A stretch of DNA of 28,440 nucleotides from Gemmatimonadaceae bacterium (GCA_040902005.1 JBBDYA010000070.1:1-28440); one strand, 5' to 3'. Counted from the stretch's first letter, positions 18,077 through 26,342 are shown. The notes: generated by a model from the letters alone, not told the origin. A program made the numbers and translations.

Positions 18077-19045
18077 ATGCGCCGCGTGATAGTGTATGGA
18101 GTGCTGACGATGCTCGCGACGGTGACGCGGCCCGGCGTGGCGCAACGAGTCGATTCGGCCTCGACGCGCGTCGTGATCGCCGGCCTGGTCGTGGACACGC
18201 GCGAGCGCCCCGTGGGGGACGCGCTGGTCTCGCTCCTGGACATCCGGCGGTCCGCCCGGACGGCGAGCGACGGGACGTTCCGCTTCGACAGCGTCTCGGT
18301 CGGTGAGTACGTGTTGCTGGTGCGGCGCGTCGGCTTCGAGCCCATCCAGACCAGGATCGCGGTCACCGCCGAACGGCGCGACATCCTGATACGACTCGTC
18401 CCCCTCCCGCACACACTCCCGCCTGTGCTGACTCGCGCCGCACGCATCGGCGTCGGCGGCGTCGTGCTGGACACCGACAACACGCCGGTGGCCGGTGTCG
18501 ACGTGACGCTCAATGGCGGTCGGAAAGCCAGGACGGACGACGCAGGTCGCTTCTTCATCCGCACGCCGCCGGGGCGGTTCCTCCTGCAGGTGCGAGGCAC
18601 GGGCTACGCAACCCAGATGATCGGCGTCGAGGTGCGCGGAGACAGTGGGCGGGAGGTCGCGGTGTGGATGGCGCGCACCCCGAGAAGCGCGGCGGCGCGT
18701 GACGCCGCGGTGATCGAGAGACTGCGCGCGCGCCTGCTCGCCCGCAATCCCGTCTGGTCGCGCCTCTTCACCCGCGAGGACATCAATCGCATCGGCTTCA
18801 CGACGCTCGAGCAGATCGTCATCGCCGGCTCGGGACAGGCCATCGCGAACGCCTTTTCATTCGAAGGAGAATGCATGGCCACCGTGGACGGCCTCCATCG
18901 TTTGCCCGTGTGGGCGATTGACGCCGCCGACATCGAATTCGCGGAGGTCTACGGACGCCCTCCGCGCTCGCCGCGGCGCGGACGGCGAGGACTAGTGCAG
19001 GACCTGCCGGAGTGTCCGCCGGTCTACGTCTGGCTGCGACAATAG
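18077..19045 (+). CDS. Exported protein with two carboxypeptidase-regulatory-like domains and a plug-like C-terminus
   Basis: Signal peptide; GLVVD...TASDGTFRF...VRRVGF and GVVLD...TDDAGRF...GY repeats; IEFAEVY; ends VYVWLRQ. Confidence 0.75.
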   Translation: MRRVIVYGVLTMLATVTRPGVAQRVDSASTRVVIAGLVVDTRERPVGDALVSLLDIRRSARTASDGTFRFDSVSVGEYVLLVRRVGFEPIQTRIAVTAERRDILIRLVPLPHTLPPVLTRAARIGVGGVVLDTDNTPVAGVDVTLNGGRKARTDDAGRFFIRTPPGRFLLQVRGTGYATQMIGVEVRGDSGREVAVWMARTPRSAAARDAAVIERLRARLLARNPVWSRLFTREDINRIGFTTLEQIVIAGSGQAIANAFSFEGECMATVDGLHRLPVWAIDAADIEFAEVYGRPPRSPRRGRRGLVQDLPECPPVYVWLRQ

Positions 19046-19069
19046 GAAACCGACGGCCGTCGTGACGGG

Positions 19070-19507
19070 TCAGGCGACGTTCGAGGTGCAGTGGCCGCAC
19101 TTCGTGGCGTCGAGCGGGATGCGCATGCGGCAGAACTGGCATTCCTTCTCCGACGGGGCCGGGGGCGCCGACTCCTCGATCGTACGGACCCGATTGAAGC
19201 TCCTGACGATGAGGAACACCGAGAACGCGACGATGATGAAGGAGATCAGGCTGCCGATGAAGAGCCCGTAGTTGATGGTGGCGGCCCCGGCCGCCTTCGC
19301 CTCCTCGAGGGTGACATAGCTGCCGCCGGAGAGGTTGATGAACAGGTCGGTGAAATCCACGCCGCCGGTGAGGTGCCCGATTGGGGGCATCAGGACGTCG
19401 TTGACGAAGCTGTTCACCACCGAGACGAACGCGGCACCGATGACGATGCCGACGGCGAGGTCGAGGACGTTGCCGCGCTCGATGAACTTCCGGAACTCTC
19501 CGAGCAT
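19070..19507 (-). CDS. mscL: Large-conductance mechanosensitive channel with C-terminal zinc ribbon
   Basis: EFRKFIERGNVLDLAVGIVIGAAF, INYGLFI; tail CQFC-x10-CGHC. Confidence 0.96.
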   Translation of the reverse strand: MLGEFRKFIERGNVLDLAVGIVIGAAFVSVVNSFVNDVLMPPIGHLTGGVDFTDLFINLSGGSYVTLEEAKAAGAATINYGLFIGSLISFIIVAFSVFLIVRSFNRVRTIEESAPPAPSEKECQFCRMRIPLDATKCGHCTSNVA

Positions 19508-19509
19508 GA

Positions 19510-19579
19510 TCCTGGTTCCTGGCTCCTAGTTCCTGGCTCCTAGTTCCTGGCTCCTAGTTCCTGGCTCCTAGTTCCTGGT
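19510..19579. repeat. Heptamer tandem repeat (10 units; 14-bp TCCTGGCTCCTAGT x4 core)
   Basis: TCCTGGT, (TCCTGGC TCCTAGT)x4, TCCTGGT read directly. Confidence 0.95.
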
Positions 19580-19588
19580 TCCCAACCG

Positions 19589-21061
19589 TCAGTGCCCCGG
19601 CATGCCGGCTGCCTTGTACATCCCCGAGGCACGAACACGAGCGACGTCCGCCTCAGTGACCATGTCCGAGGCAGTATTGCCGAAGTTGCGGCGCACGTAC
19701 GACAACACCGCGGCGACATCACTGTCCGAAAGCGACAACCCCGGCATCATGGCGTTGAAGGGAAGTCCGTTGACCGTGATCGGTCCCGAGAGACCGTGCA
19801 GCACGACGCCGATTGCGCGGTCCTTGTTCGCCATCAGGTAGTCGCTGTTCGCCAGCGGCGGAAACGCGACGGGAATCCCGGCCCCGTTGGGCTGGTGGCA
19901 CGCGGCACAGGTGGTGGCGTAGACCTGCGCGCCCCGCGCCAGCAGGTCACTCGCCGACATGGCGCGTGTGGGCGCGGTCGCGGCGCCAGCGGGCACCGTC
20001 TGGATCGCACCGCCCTCGGGCTGGTACACGTGGTCCCACTGCTTGCCCGAGTAGACGGACGAGTCGGGCGGCCCGTCGACGACCAGCAATCCGAGTGCGC
20101 CCTTGTTGAACGCGCGGAAGATCGCGTGATCCACGAGGATGTACGTTCCGGGCACGTCCAGGCGCATCTCCACCATCGCGGCGCCACCCGCCGGCACGAG
20201 TGTCGTCTGCACGTTGTGCTGATTCGCGAGCGTCCCTGCCTCGGCGTACACGCGGTCGAAGATCTCGCCGATAACGTGGAAACTCGAGATGAGGTTGGGC
20301 CCGCCGTTGCCGATGAAGAGCCGTACGGTTTCGCCAACCGAGGCCTTGAGAGCGCTGTCCCCCGCGAGCGCTCCCACGCTGCCGTTGAAGACGACGTACT
20401 CGGGCGCCTCGCGAATGGCCTTCTCCATGTCGAAGGCCTGGAGCCCCGGTGCGCCGTGCGCGCCCGCGGTGTAGAACTCGCTCTGGAGCACGTAGAACTC
20501 GCGGTCCACGCTGGTGAGTCCTCCCTCGGGTTCCACCAGAATGAGTCCGTACATGCCGTTCGCGATGTGCATCCCCACGGGCGCCGTGGCGCAGTGGTAG
20601 ATGTACAGCCCGGGGTTCACGGCTTTGAACGAAAAGACCGACGAGTGTCCCGGTGCGGTGAGCGAGGCCCCGGCGCCGCCGCCCGGTCCAGTGACCGCGT
20701 GCAGGTCGATGTTGTGCGGCATGGACGACGTCGGGTGGTTGTTGAGGTGGAACTCCACCTCGTCGCCCACGCGGACGCGCATCATCGGCCCAGGCACGGT
20801 GCCCCCGAACGTCCAGAACGTGTACTCCACGCCGTCCGCCAGTCGCTTCCGAAGCTCGCGCGTTTCGAGATTGACGACGAGTCGCCGGGGCGAGGTTCGC
20901 GTGATCGGCGGCGGAACATGAGGCGCCGACGCGAGCGCCAGGGTGTCCACCGCGAGACTGCCGCCCGATCCACCGCAAGCGGCCAGTGCGCCAACAGCGG
21001 CGGCGATGAGCGCGGGCGCTTGCCGCGCCAGGCGGAAGTGGCTGCGGGGAAGGTTTCTCAT
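19589..21061 (-). CDS. nirK: Copper-containing nitrite reductase with C-terminal cytochrome c domain (lipoprotein)
   Basis: HNIDLHAV, YHCATAPVGMHIANGMYG, SSFHVIGE, LVDH; haem motif CAACH with distal Met (AMMP); lipobox LAAC. Confidence 0.95.
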   Translation of the reverse strand: MRNLPRSHFRLARQAPALIAAAVGALAACGGSGGSLAVDTLALASAPHVPPPITRTSPRRLVVNLETRELRKRLADGVEYTFWTFGGTVPGPMMRVRVGDEVEFHLNNHPTSSMPHNIDLHAVTGPGGGAGASLTAPGHSSVFSFKAVNPGLYIYHCATAPVGMHIANGMYGLILVEPEGGLTSVDREFYVLQSEFYTAGAHGAPGLQAFDMEKAIREAPEYVVFNGSVGALAGDSALKASVGETVRLFIGNGGPNLISSFHVIGEIFDRVYAEAGTLANQHNVQTTLVPAGGAAMVEMRLDVPGTYILVDHAIFRAFNKGALGLLVVDGPPDSSVYSGKQWDHVYQPEGGAIQTVPAGAATAPTRAMSASDLLARGAQVYATTCAACHQPNGAGIPVAFPPLANSDYLMANKDRAIGVVLHGLSGPITVNGLPFNAMMPGLSLSDSDVAAVLSYVRRNFGNTASDMVTEADVARVRASGMYKAAGMPGH

Positions 21062-21112
21062 GTCGTCAAGTATCGTCCGCGCCCTCCGGTCCCTCAAGGT
21101 CGACGATTGTGT

Positions 21113-21739
21113 TCATCCGTTTCGACGCGCCGGAGCTCCGGCCTTCTTACCCTTCTTGCCCTTCTTCACGCGTTTCCTGATGGGCTTGATGTAATGAATC
21201 CGCGGCGCGGGGCCCACGGCTCCCGGCAGCGAGTACGCGAGCGCCACGATCCCACTCAGCGGGAGCGCCTTCTGGTCCGACAGCGTGAGCTTCGTCGCGG
21301 CGCCTGGCGGAAGGAGCGGGACGCCAGCGCCGAGGAGCACTGGCACGACCGCAACCTCCACGGTGTCCACGAGCCCTGCGTCGAGCAACGTGCGAAAAAG
21401 GGCGCCCCCGCCATAGAGCCAGATGTCGCGACCCGGCTGTGCCTTCAGCGCCGAGACGACGTCAGCCGGATCTTCGTTGACGATGCGGACGCCACGGTGC
21501 CTCGCCGCTGGCAGGGTCCGGGAGAAGACGACGACGTCGAGACCCGGCAGGGCGCCGTGCCCGCCCTGCGCCGTCAGAACCTCATGGGTCTTGCGGCCCA
21601 TCACGGCCGTGTCGAACTCCTTGAACAGTGCGGCAAAGTCGATGGACGGGTCCATCACGATCCAGTCGTATTCACCGTTGGGCCCGGCGATGAAGCCGTC
21701 CAGGCTCACCGCGACCTGGTAGCGCAGTCGTCTTGTCAT
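21113..21739 (-). CDS. Dihydrofolate reductase / RibD C-terminal family protein
   Basis: VSLDGFIAGPNG, VMGRKT, DIWLYGGGAL, GLVD, PVLLGAGVPL; -10-like TATGTT at 21749-21754. Confidence 0.9.
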   Translation of the reverse strand: MTRRLRYQVAVSLDGFIAGPNGEYDWIVMDPSIDFAALFKEFDTAVMGRKTHEVLTAQGGHGALPGLDVVVFSRTLPAARHRGVRIVNEDPADVVSALKAQPGRDIWLYGGGALFRTLLDAGLVDTVEVAVVPVLLGAGVPLLPPGAATKLTLSDQKALPLSGIVALAYSLPGAVGPAPRIHYIKPIRKRVKKGKKGKKAGAPARRNG

Positions 21740-21760
21740 GATCGCGCGAACATACAGGAG

Positions 21761-21803
21761 GCGGGCGAATTCGCCACTTCGACGCGGGCGAATTCGCCAC
21801 TTC
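21761..21803. promoter_or_regulatory. Tandem 20-bp direct repeat, each containing the perfect palindrome GGCGAATTCGCC (operator-like)
   Basis: GCGGGCGAATTCGCCACTTC at 21761-21780 and 21784-21803, between divergent genes. Confidence 0.6.
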
Positions 21804-21860
21804 CATGAACTCGGCACGAAAAGCGCGTTGAAAACCATACGATCATCGCCAACCGAGCTG

Positions 21861-23015
21861 ATGCGACGACTTCCCCAGTTCATACGAGAGAACGCCGAAG
21901 CAATCCTGGTCGAGTGGGACGCGTTCGCCCTGACGCTGCCCATGGCGGCGACCATGGACATGGCCGCCCTCCGCGATCATGCCAGGGAGATGCTCGGAGT
22001 CATCGCGCGCGACCTGGAGACGGTGCAAACACCGGGAGAACAGGTAGATAAGGCCGAGGGCAAAGCGGATGCGGGCGAGAGCGGACCACCCTCCACCGCG
22101 GCGCAAGAGCACGGCGCGGCGCGGGCCGGGAGTGGATTCACGGTGGCGCAAATGCTTTCCGAGCTCCGGGCGCTGCGCGCAAGCGTCATCCGCCTCTGGA
22201 CCAGGCAGCACGCCCAATTCACCGCGACGGACGTGGAGGACATCACCCGGTTCAACGAGGCGATCGATCAGGCGATCGCGGAGTCCGTCACCCAGTTCAG
22301 CGACGAGATCGTCCAGACGAAGGATCGCTTTCTCGCCATCCTCAGCCACGATCTCCGCAATCCGCTGGGGGCCATCATGATGTCGTCGAGCTTCATCATC
22401 GAGCGCGGCCAGCTCGGGGAGACGGACCGCGGCCTGGTCACCCGGATCGCCAGCAGCGCGCGACGGATGAACGAGATGGTGGGAGACGTCCTCGATTTCA
22501 CCCGAACGAGGTTCGGTGGCGACGGCATTCCGATCGTGCGCGACGAGATGGACCTGCAGAAAACACTCCAGGACGTCGTGTTGGAAGTCGGCACTCGGTA
22601 TCCCAAAAGCATCATACAGGTAGAGGCCGGCGGAGCGCTGAGCGGTCAGTGGGACTCCGCGCGACTGACGCAGGCGCTCACGAATCTCGTGTGCAACGCC
22701 GTCCAGCATGGGGCGGCGGCAACCCCGATCACGGTCGCGGCCCGCGGATCAGCCGACGACGCCGTGATCTCCGTGCACAATCAGGGTCCGGTGATTCCAG
22801 CGAAGGACATCGGCCAGATATTCAAAGTGGGCGTGCAGGCCGGGACCCCCAGTGCCAACGGCAATGGGCATCTCGGTCTCGGTCTCTTCATCGTGGAGCG
22901 GATCGTCGCCGCGCACGGGGGAACGATCGACGTGCAATCCGCCAGGGAGGAGGGCACGACCTTCACGGTCCACTTGCCGCGCGAGGCGGCGCGAGCAGCC
23001 GAGCAATTGCCATGA
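21861..23015 (+). CDS. Soluble sensor histidine kinase with RsbRD_N-like N-terminal domain
   Basis: FIRENAEAILVEW...HGAARAGSGF...ELRALRASVIRLW; H-box FLAILSHDLRNPL; N-box NLVCNAVQHG; G2 GLGLFIV; no TM segment. Confidence 0.9.
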   Translation: MRRLPQFIRENAEAILVEWDAFALTLPMAATMDMAALRDHAREMLGVIARDLETVQTPGEQVDKAEGKADAGESGPPSTAAQEHGAARAGSGFTVAQMLSELRALRASVIRLWTRQHAQFTATDVEDITRFNEAIDQAIAESVTQFSDEIVQTKDRFLAILSHDLRNPLGAIMMSSSFIIERGQLGETDRGLVTRIASSARRMNEMVGDVLDFTRTRFGGDGIPIVRDEMDLQKTLQDVVLEVGTRYPKSIIQVEAGGALSGQWDSARLTQALTNLVCNAVQHGAAATPITVAARGSADDAVISVHNQGPVIPAKDIGQIFKVGVQAGTPSANGNGHLGLGLFIVERIVAAHGGTIDVQSAREEGTTFTVHLPREAARAAEQLP

Positions 23016-23505
23016 TCGTGTTCCAGTTGCGGGTGGTCACGGGCGCGCCGTAGAGCTTGTCGATCCGCCCCAGGTGGCTGACGGCCTTCATCGTGCGCCG
23101 GTAGACGCCCAGTACGAAGCGCCCCTGCTGCCCCAGGACCTTCAGCTCCCATCCACCCGTCGCGGGAAAGCGGTGTGGCAGCGGGGACGACGGCTGACGG
23201 GCTTTCGCGAGGACGCTCACAAAGGGGACGAGGTTCGGGCCGGATGGCTCGCCGGCGAACGGACTGGAAGCCGCCAGGCGCAGGAGGTCACGGCCCGTGC
23301 AGATCATCACGTGCGTGTCGAATGGCATCCGGCGCGCCAGCTCCGCCCGGAGCCGTGCCTGGCTCACCTTGGCGCGGACCACGAACGTCCCCGCCGCGCC
23401 GACGTTCACCACGTCGAATGCGCGCAGCTGCTGCGTCAGCACGCTCGGACGAAAGATCCGGTGTCCACCCACGTTGACGCCCCTGAGGAAAACGACCAGT
23501 GCCAT
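22963..23505 (-). CDS. DUF1697 domain protein
   Basis: N-terminal VFLRGVNVGG and C-terminal TTRNWNT motifs. Confidence 0.85.
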   Translation of the reverse strand: MALVVFLRGVNVGGHRIFRPSVLTQQLRAFDVVNVGAAGTFVVRAKVSQARLRAELARRMPFDTHVMICTGRDLLRLAASSPFAGEPSGPNLVPFVSVLAKARQPSSPLPHRFPATGGWELKVLGQQGRFVLGVYRRTMKAVSHLGRIDKLYGAPVTTRNWNTIMAIARLLAPPRAASGP

Positions 23506-23746
23506 GCTCGCCGCCGATCCGTTAAGGGATGTTGTCGATTCATCCGGGCCGTCCTTCGCCAGACACCGTGCGTCCGGATCCATCATTTCCCGCCTCGGCT
23601 CCGAAGTGTATAGTAGAAGGCCGAAGGACACCCCTGCCCGGCCCGAGGCGCCCAATCCGCCCTCGGGAGCTCGAGGGGCTCATAACAGAGGCTCGGCACG
23701 GTCGGCGCGTGGTGAACCCCGGCACACGAGTGCAGAAGAGGTGTCA

Positions 23747-24132
23747 GGGCACTGCGAGGGCGCGGCCGGCGACCGCGAGGGAGCGGCCGGCCACCACCTG
23801 ACAACCGTCAGGCGATTGGGTGACAACCTTCCGGCCACTGCATGACAGGCCGCAGGGCATTGGTCGACAACCTGTCGGGCACCGCGAGCATGCGGTCGGC
23901 GATTGGTCGACAGGCGTCAGGGCACTGGTCGACAACCGCAGGGCACTGCGAGCGCGGCGTCGGCGACTGCATGACCACCCGCCGGCCACTACATGACAGG
24001 CCGCAGGGCACTGGGTGACAACCCGCAGGCGATTGCGAGAGGCGCGCCGGCCGCTGCGAGACCCGCGCCGGCCACTGCGAGACCCGCGCCGGCCACTGCG
24101 AGACCCGCGCCGGCCATTGCGAGAAAACCCCG
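23747..24132. repeat. Degenerate tandem array of ~18 units of 21/22 bp
   Basis: Units start with GG(G/C)(C/G)A(C/T)TG-like heads at 23747, 23768, 23789, 23811, 23833, 23855, 23877, 23898, 23920, 23941, 23962, 23984, 24006, 24028, 24049, 24070, 24091 and 24112. Confidence 0.9.
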
Positions 24133-24206
24133 CAGCACTCTATCCGATTCCCGCGCCATCGCGTAGCGTATCGCACATCTGAACCCCGGGACAAGCCGAG
24201 GAACGC

Positions 24207-25124
24207 ATGAAAACCGTGCTCACTGCCGTCCTGCTCGCCGCCGTTTTGCCGGCCATGGTTGCGGCGCAATCGCAGCAGTCACGCGCCCGCGACATGGGCG
24301 GCGGCCGGTGCGACCGCAACCCGCACAACTGCGCCGACGCGCCGAATCCCCTGCCTGCCCCGAACACGGTGTGGATCGAGGAGATGACCTGGATGGACGT
24401 GCGCGACGCCATCCAGGGCGGCAAGACCACCGTCATCATTCCCACCGGTGGCGTGGAGCCCAACGGACCCTGGCTCGTCACGGGGAAGCACAACTATGTG
24501 CTCCAGGTGAACTGCGACGCCATCGCGCGACGACTCGGCGATGCTCTCTGCGCGCCGATCATCAAGCTGGTGCCCGAGGGCGCCATCGAGCCCGCGACTG
24601 GACACATGCGCAGCCCCGGGACCATCAGCGTGCGGCAGGCGACCTTCCGCGCCACCCTCACCGACGTGGTGCACAGCCTGAAGCAGCATGGGTTCACGCG
24701 CATCATCCTCATCGGCGACAGCGGTGGCAACCAGTCGGGGCAGCGCGCCGTGGCCGATTCGCTCACGGCCATCTGGAACGGCAGCCCCATCGTCGCCCAC
24801 ATTCAGGAATACTATGACTATGCCAGCGTGTCCCGGCACATGGCAGGGCGCGGCATCCCGAACGACAGCACACGGAACGAGTACCTGCACGACGATGCGA
24901 TCATCACCCTGAACATGTTCGCGGCGGACCCGCGCTCTGTGCGATACGACGAGCGCGTCACGATCGCGAAGGCCAGCATCAACGGCGTGTCCATCGCCGA
25001 CCGGGAGAGGAACCAGGCGCTCGCGAAGGAGATCATCGCCTTCCGCGCGGCACACACGGTAGAGGCCATCCACAAGGCGATCGCGAACAAGGGCACGCTG
25101 CCCGCCCCGCCGCGGCAGCCGTAA
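24207..25124 (+). CDS. Exported creatininase-family protein (atypical active-site motifs)
   Basis: Signal peptide; IEEMTWMDVRDAI, IIPTGGVEPNGP, PGTISV, IILIGDSGGNQ. Confidence 0.85.
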   Translation: MKTVLTAVLLAAVLPAMVAAQSQQSRARDMGGGRCDRNPHNCADAPNPLPAPNTVWIEEMTWMDVRDAIQGGKTTVIIPTGGVEPNGPWLVTGKHNYVLQVNCDAIARRLGDALCAPIIKLVPEGAIEPATGHMRSPGTISVRQATFRATLTDVVHSLKQHGFTRIILIGDSGGNQSGQRAVADSLTAIWNGSPIVAHIQEYYDYASVSRHMAGRGIPNDSTRNEYLHDDAIITLNMFAADPRSVRYDERVTIAKASINGVSIADRERNQALAKEIIAFRAAHTVEAIHKAIANKGTLPAPPRQP

Positions 25125-25131
25125 GGAACTC

Positions 25132-26088
25132 ATGCCTCCGTTCACCCCCACTCCGTTCATCTGGAAAGACGGCTCACTGGTGCCCTGGGAGTCGGCGCAG
25201 ACGCACGTGAGCGCGCACGCGCTGCAGTACGGCACCGGCGTGTTCGAGGGGATGCGTGCGTACGAGACGCCCGACGGGGTCGCGATCTTTCGGCTGGACG
25301 ACCACCTGCGGCGGCTCGCCGACTCCGCGTCATACTACGAGCTCACCATCCCGTACTCGCTCGATGAATTGCGCGCGGGCTCGCTCGACGTCGTTCGCGC
25401 GAACGGCCTGACGAACGCCTACCTGCGCCCGCTGGTATTCTTCGACTCGTACAGCTTCGCGGTCTGGCCGAAGGACTGTCCGGTGAGCGTCGCCATCATC
25501 GCCGTTCCCGGACGCGTCTACATCGACGGCGGCGATCGCGGCATTCGCGTCATGATCTCCAGTACCCGCCGCATCGATGCGTCCGTCCTGCCGCCGCACG
25601 TGAAGGCGTGCGGCCATTACACCAATTCCGTGCGCGCGGTGCAGGAAGCGATGCGCCACGGCTTCGACGAAGCCCTCCTGCTCAACAACCGCGGTGACGT
25701 CGCCGAGGGCTCGGGAGCGAACCTGTTCGTCGTGAAAGGCGACGCCCTGGTCACGAACGACCGCGACGCCTCGATCCTCCCCGGCATCACGCGCGACAGC
25801 GTGATCCGGATCGCGCGTGACCTCGGCGTTTCGGTCGAGATCCGGCCCCTCACGGTGAACGACGTGCGCACTGCGGACGAGCTGTTCTTCTGCGGCACCG
25901 CCGTGGAAGTGATGCCCATCCGGCAGGTGGATGACGCCGTCATCGGCGACGGCACACCGGGCCCGGTCACCCGCCGGCTGCGGACGACGTATCAGGACGC
26001 CGTACACGGACGGCTGACGCAGTACCATGACTGGCTCGCGCCCGTTCCCTCGCCCGGAGCCGTCGCGCAGGCTGCCGTCCCCAGCTGA
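25132..26088 (+). CDS. ilvE: Branched-chain amino acid aminotransferase (PLP fold IV)
   Basis: HALQYGTGVFEG, KACGHYTNS (PLP lysine), EGSGANLF, LPGITR, ADELFFCGTAVEV. Confidence 0.88.
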   Translation: MPPFTPTPFIWKDGSLVPWESAQTHVSAHALQYGTGVFEGMRAYETPDGVAIFRLDDHLRRLADSASYYELTIPYSLDELRAGSLDVVRANGLTNAYLRPLVFFDSYSFAVWPKDCPVSVAIIAVPGRVYIDGGDRGIRVMISSTRRIDASVLPPHVKACGHYTNSVRAVQEAMRHGFDEALLLNNRGDVAEGSGANLFVVKGDALVTNDRDASILPGITRDSVIRIARDLGVSVEIRPLTVNDVRTADELFFCGTAVEVMPIRQVDDAVIGDGTPGPVTRRLRTTYQDAVHGRLTQYHDWLAPVPSPGAVAQAAVPS

Positions 26089-26090
26089 TC

Positions 26091-26342
26091 ATGCCCATCC
26101 ACGAATATTCCTGCTCCGCCTGCGGCCACGAGTTCGAGAAGCTCGTGCGCCGCGACGCGACCACGGCGCCGTCCTGTGCATCCTGCGGCGACCCGCGCGT
26201 CGAGCGCCTCTTCTCGCTGCCGAACGTGTCCTCGACCACCACGAAGGGAAAGGCGATGCGCGCCGCGAAGAAGCGCGACCAGGCGCAGGCCACGGATCGG
26301 GTACAGGCCCAGATTGCGTACGAGAAAAGCCATGATGACTAG
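26091..26342 (+). CDS. FmdB-family zinc ribbon protein
   Basis: MPIHEYSCSACGHEFE...CASCG...VERLFS. Confidence 0.88.
   Translation: MPIHEYSCSACGHEFEKLVRRDATTAPSCASCGDPRVERLFSLPNVSSTTTKGKAMRAAKKRDQAQATDRVQAQIAYEKSHDD

Noticed and set aside
21062..21112. FNR/DNR box upstream of nirK
   Set aside because: No TTGAT-N4-ATCAA match. The TCAA...TTGT element has the wrong orientation and spacing.
19592..21808. 738-aa plus-strand ORF
   Set aside because: Antisense shadow of nirK and the DHFR-like gene.
23789..24027. TGACA cores of the 22-mers as Pho boxes
   Set aside because: They lack the partner pentamer at 11 bp, and most are not GTNAC.
23747..24132. CRISPR array
   Set aside because: The period is only 21-22 bp, there is no constant repeat with unique spacers, and no cas genes are present.
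23808..24269. 153-aa ORF with SQWPARV heptads
   Set aside because: It is a translation of the DNA array. The 22-bp units shift the frame, and it overlaps the creatininase-like start on the opposite strand.
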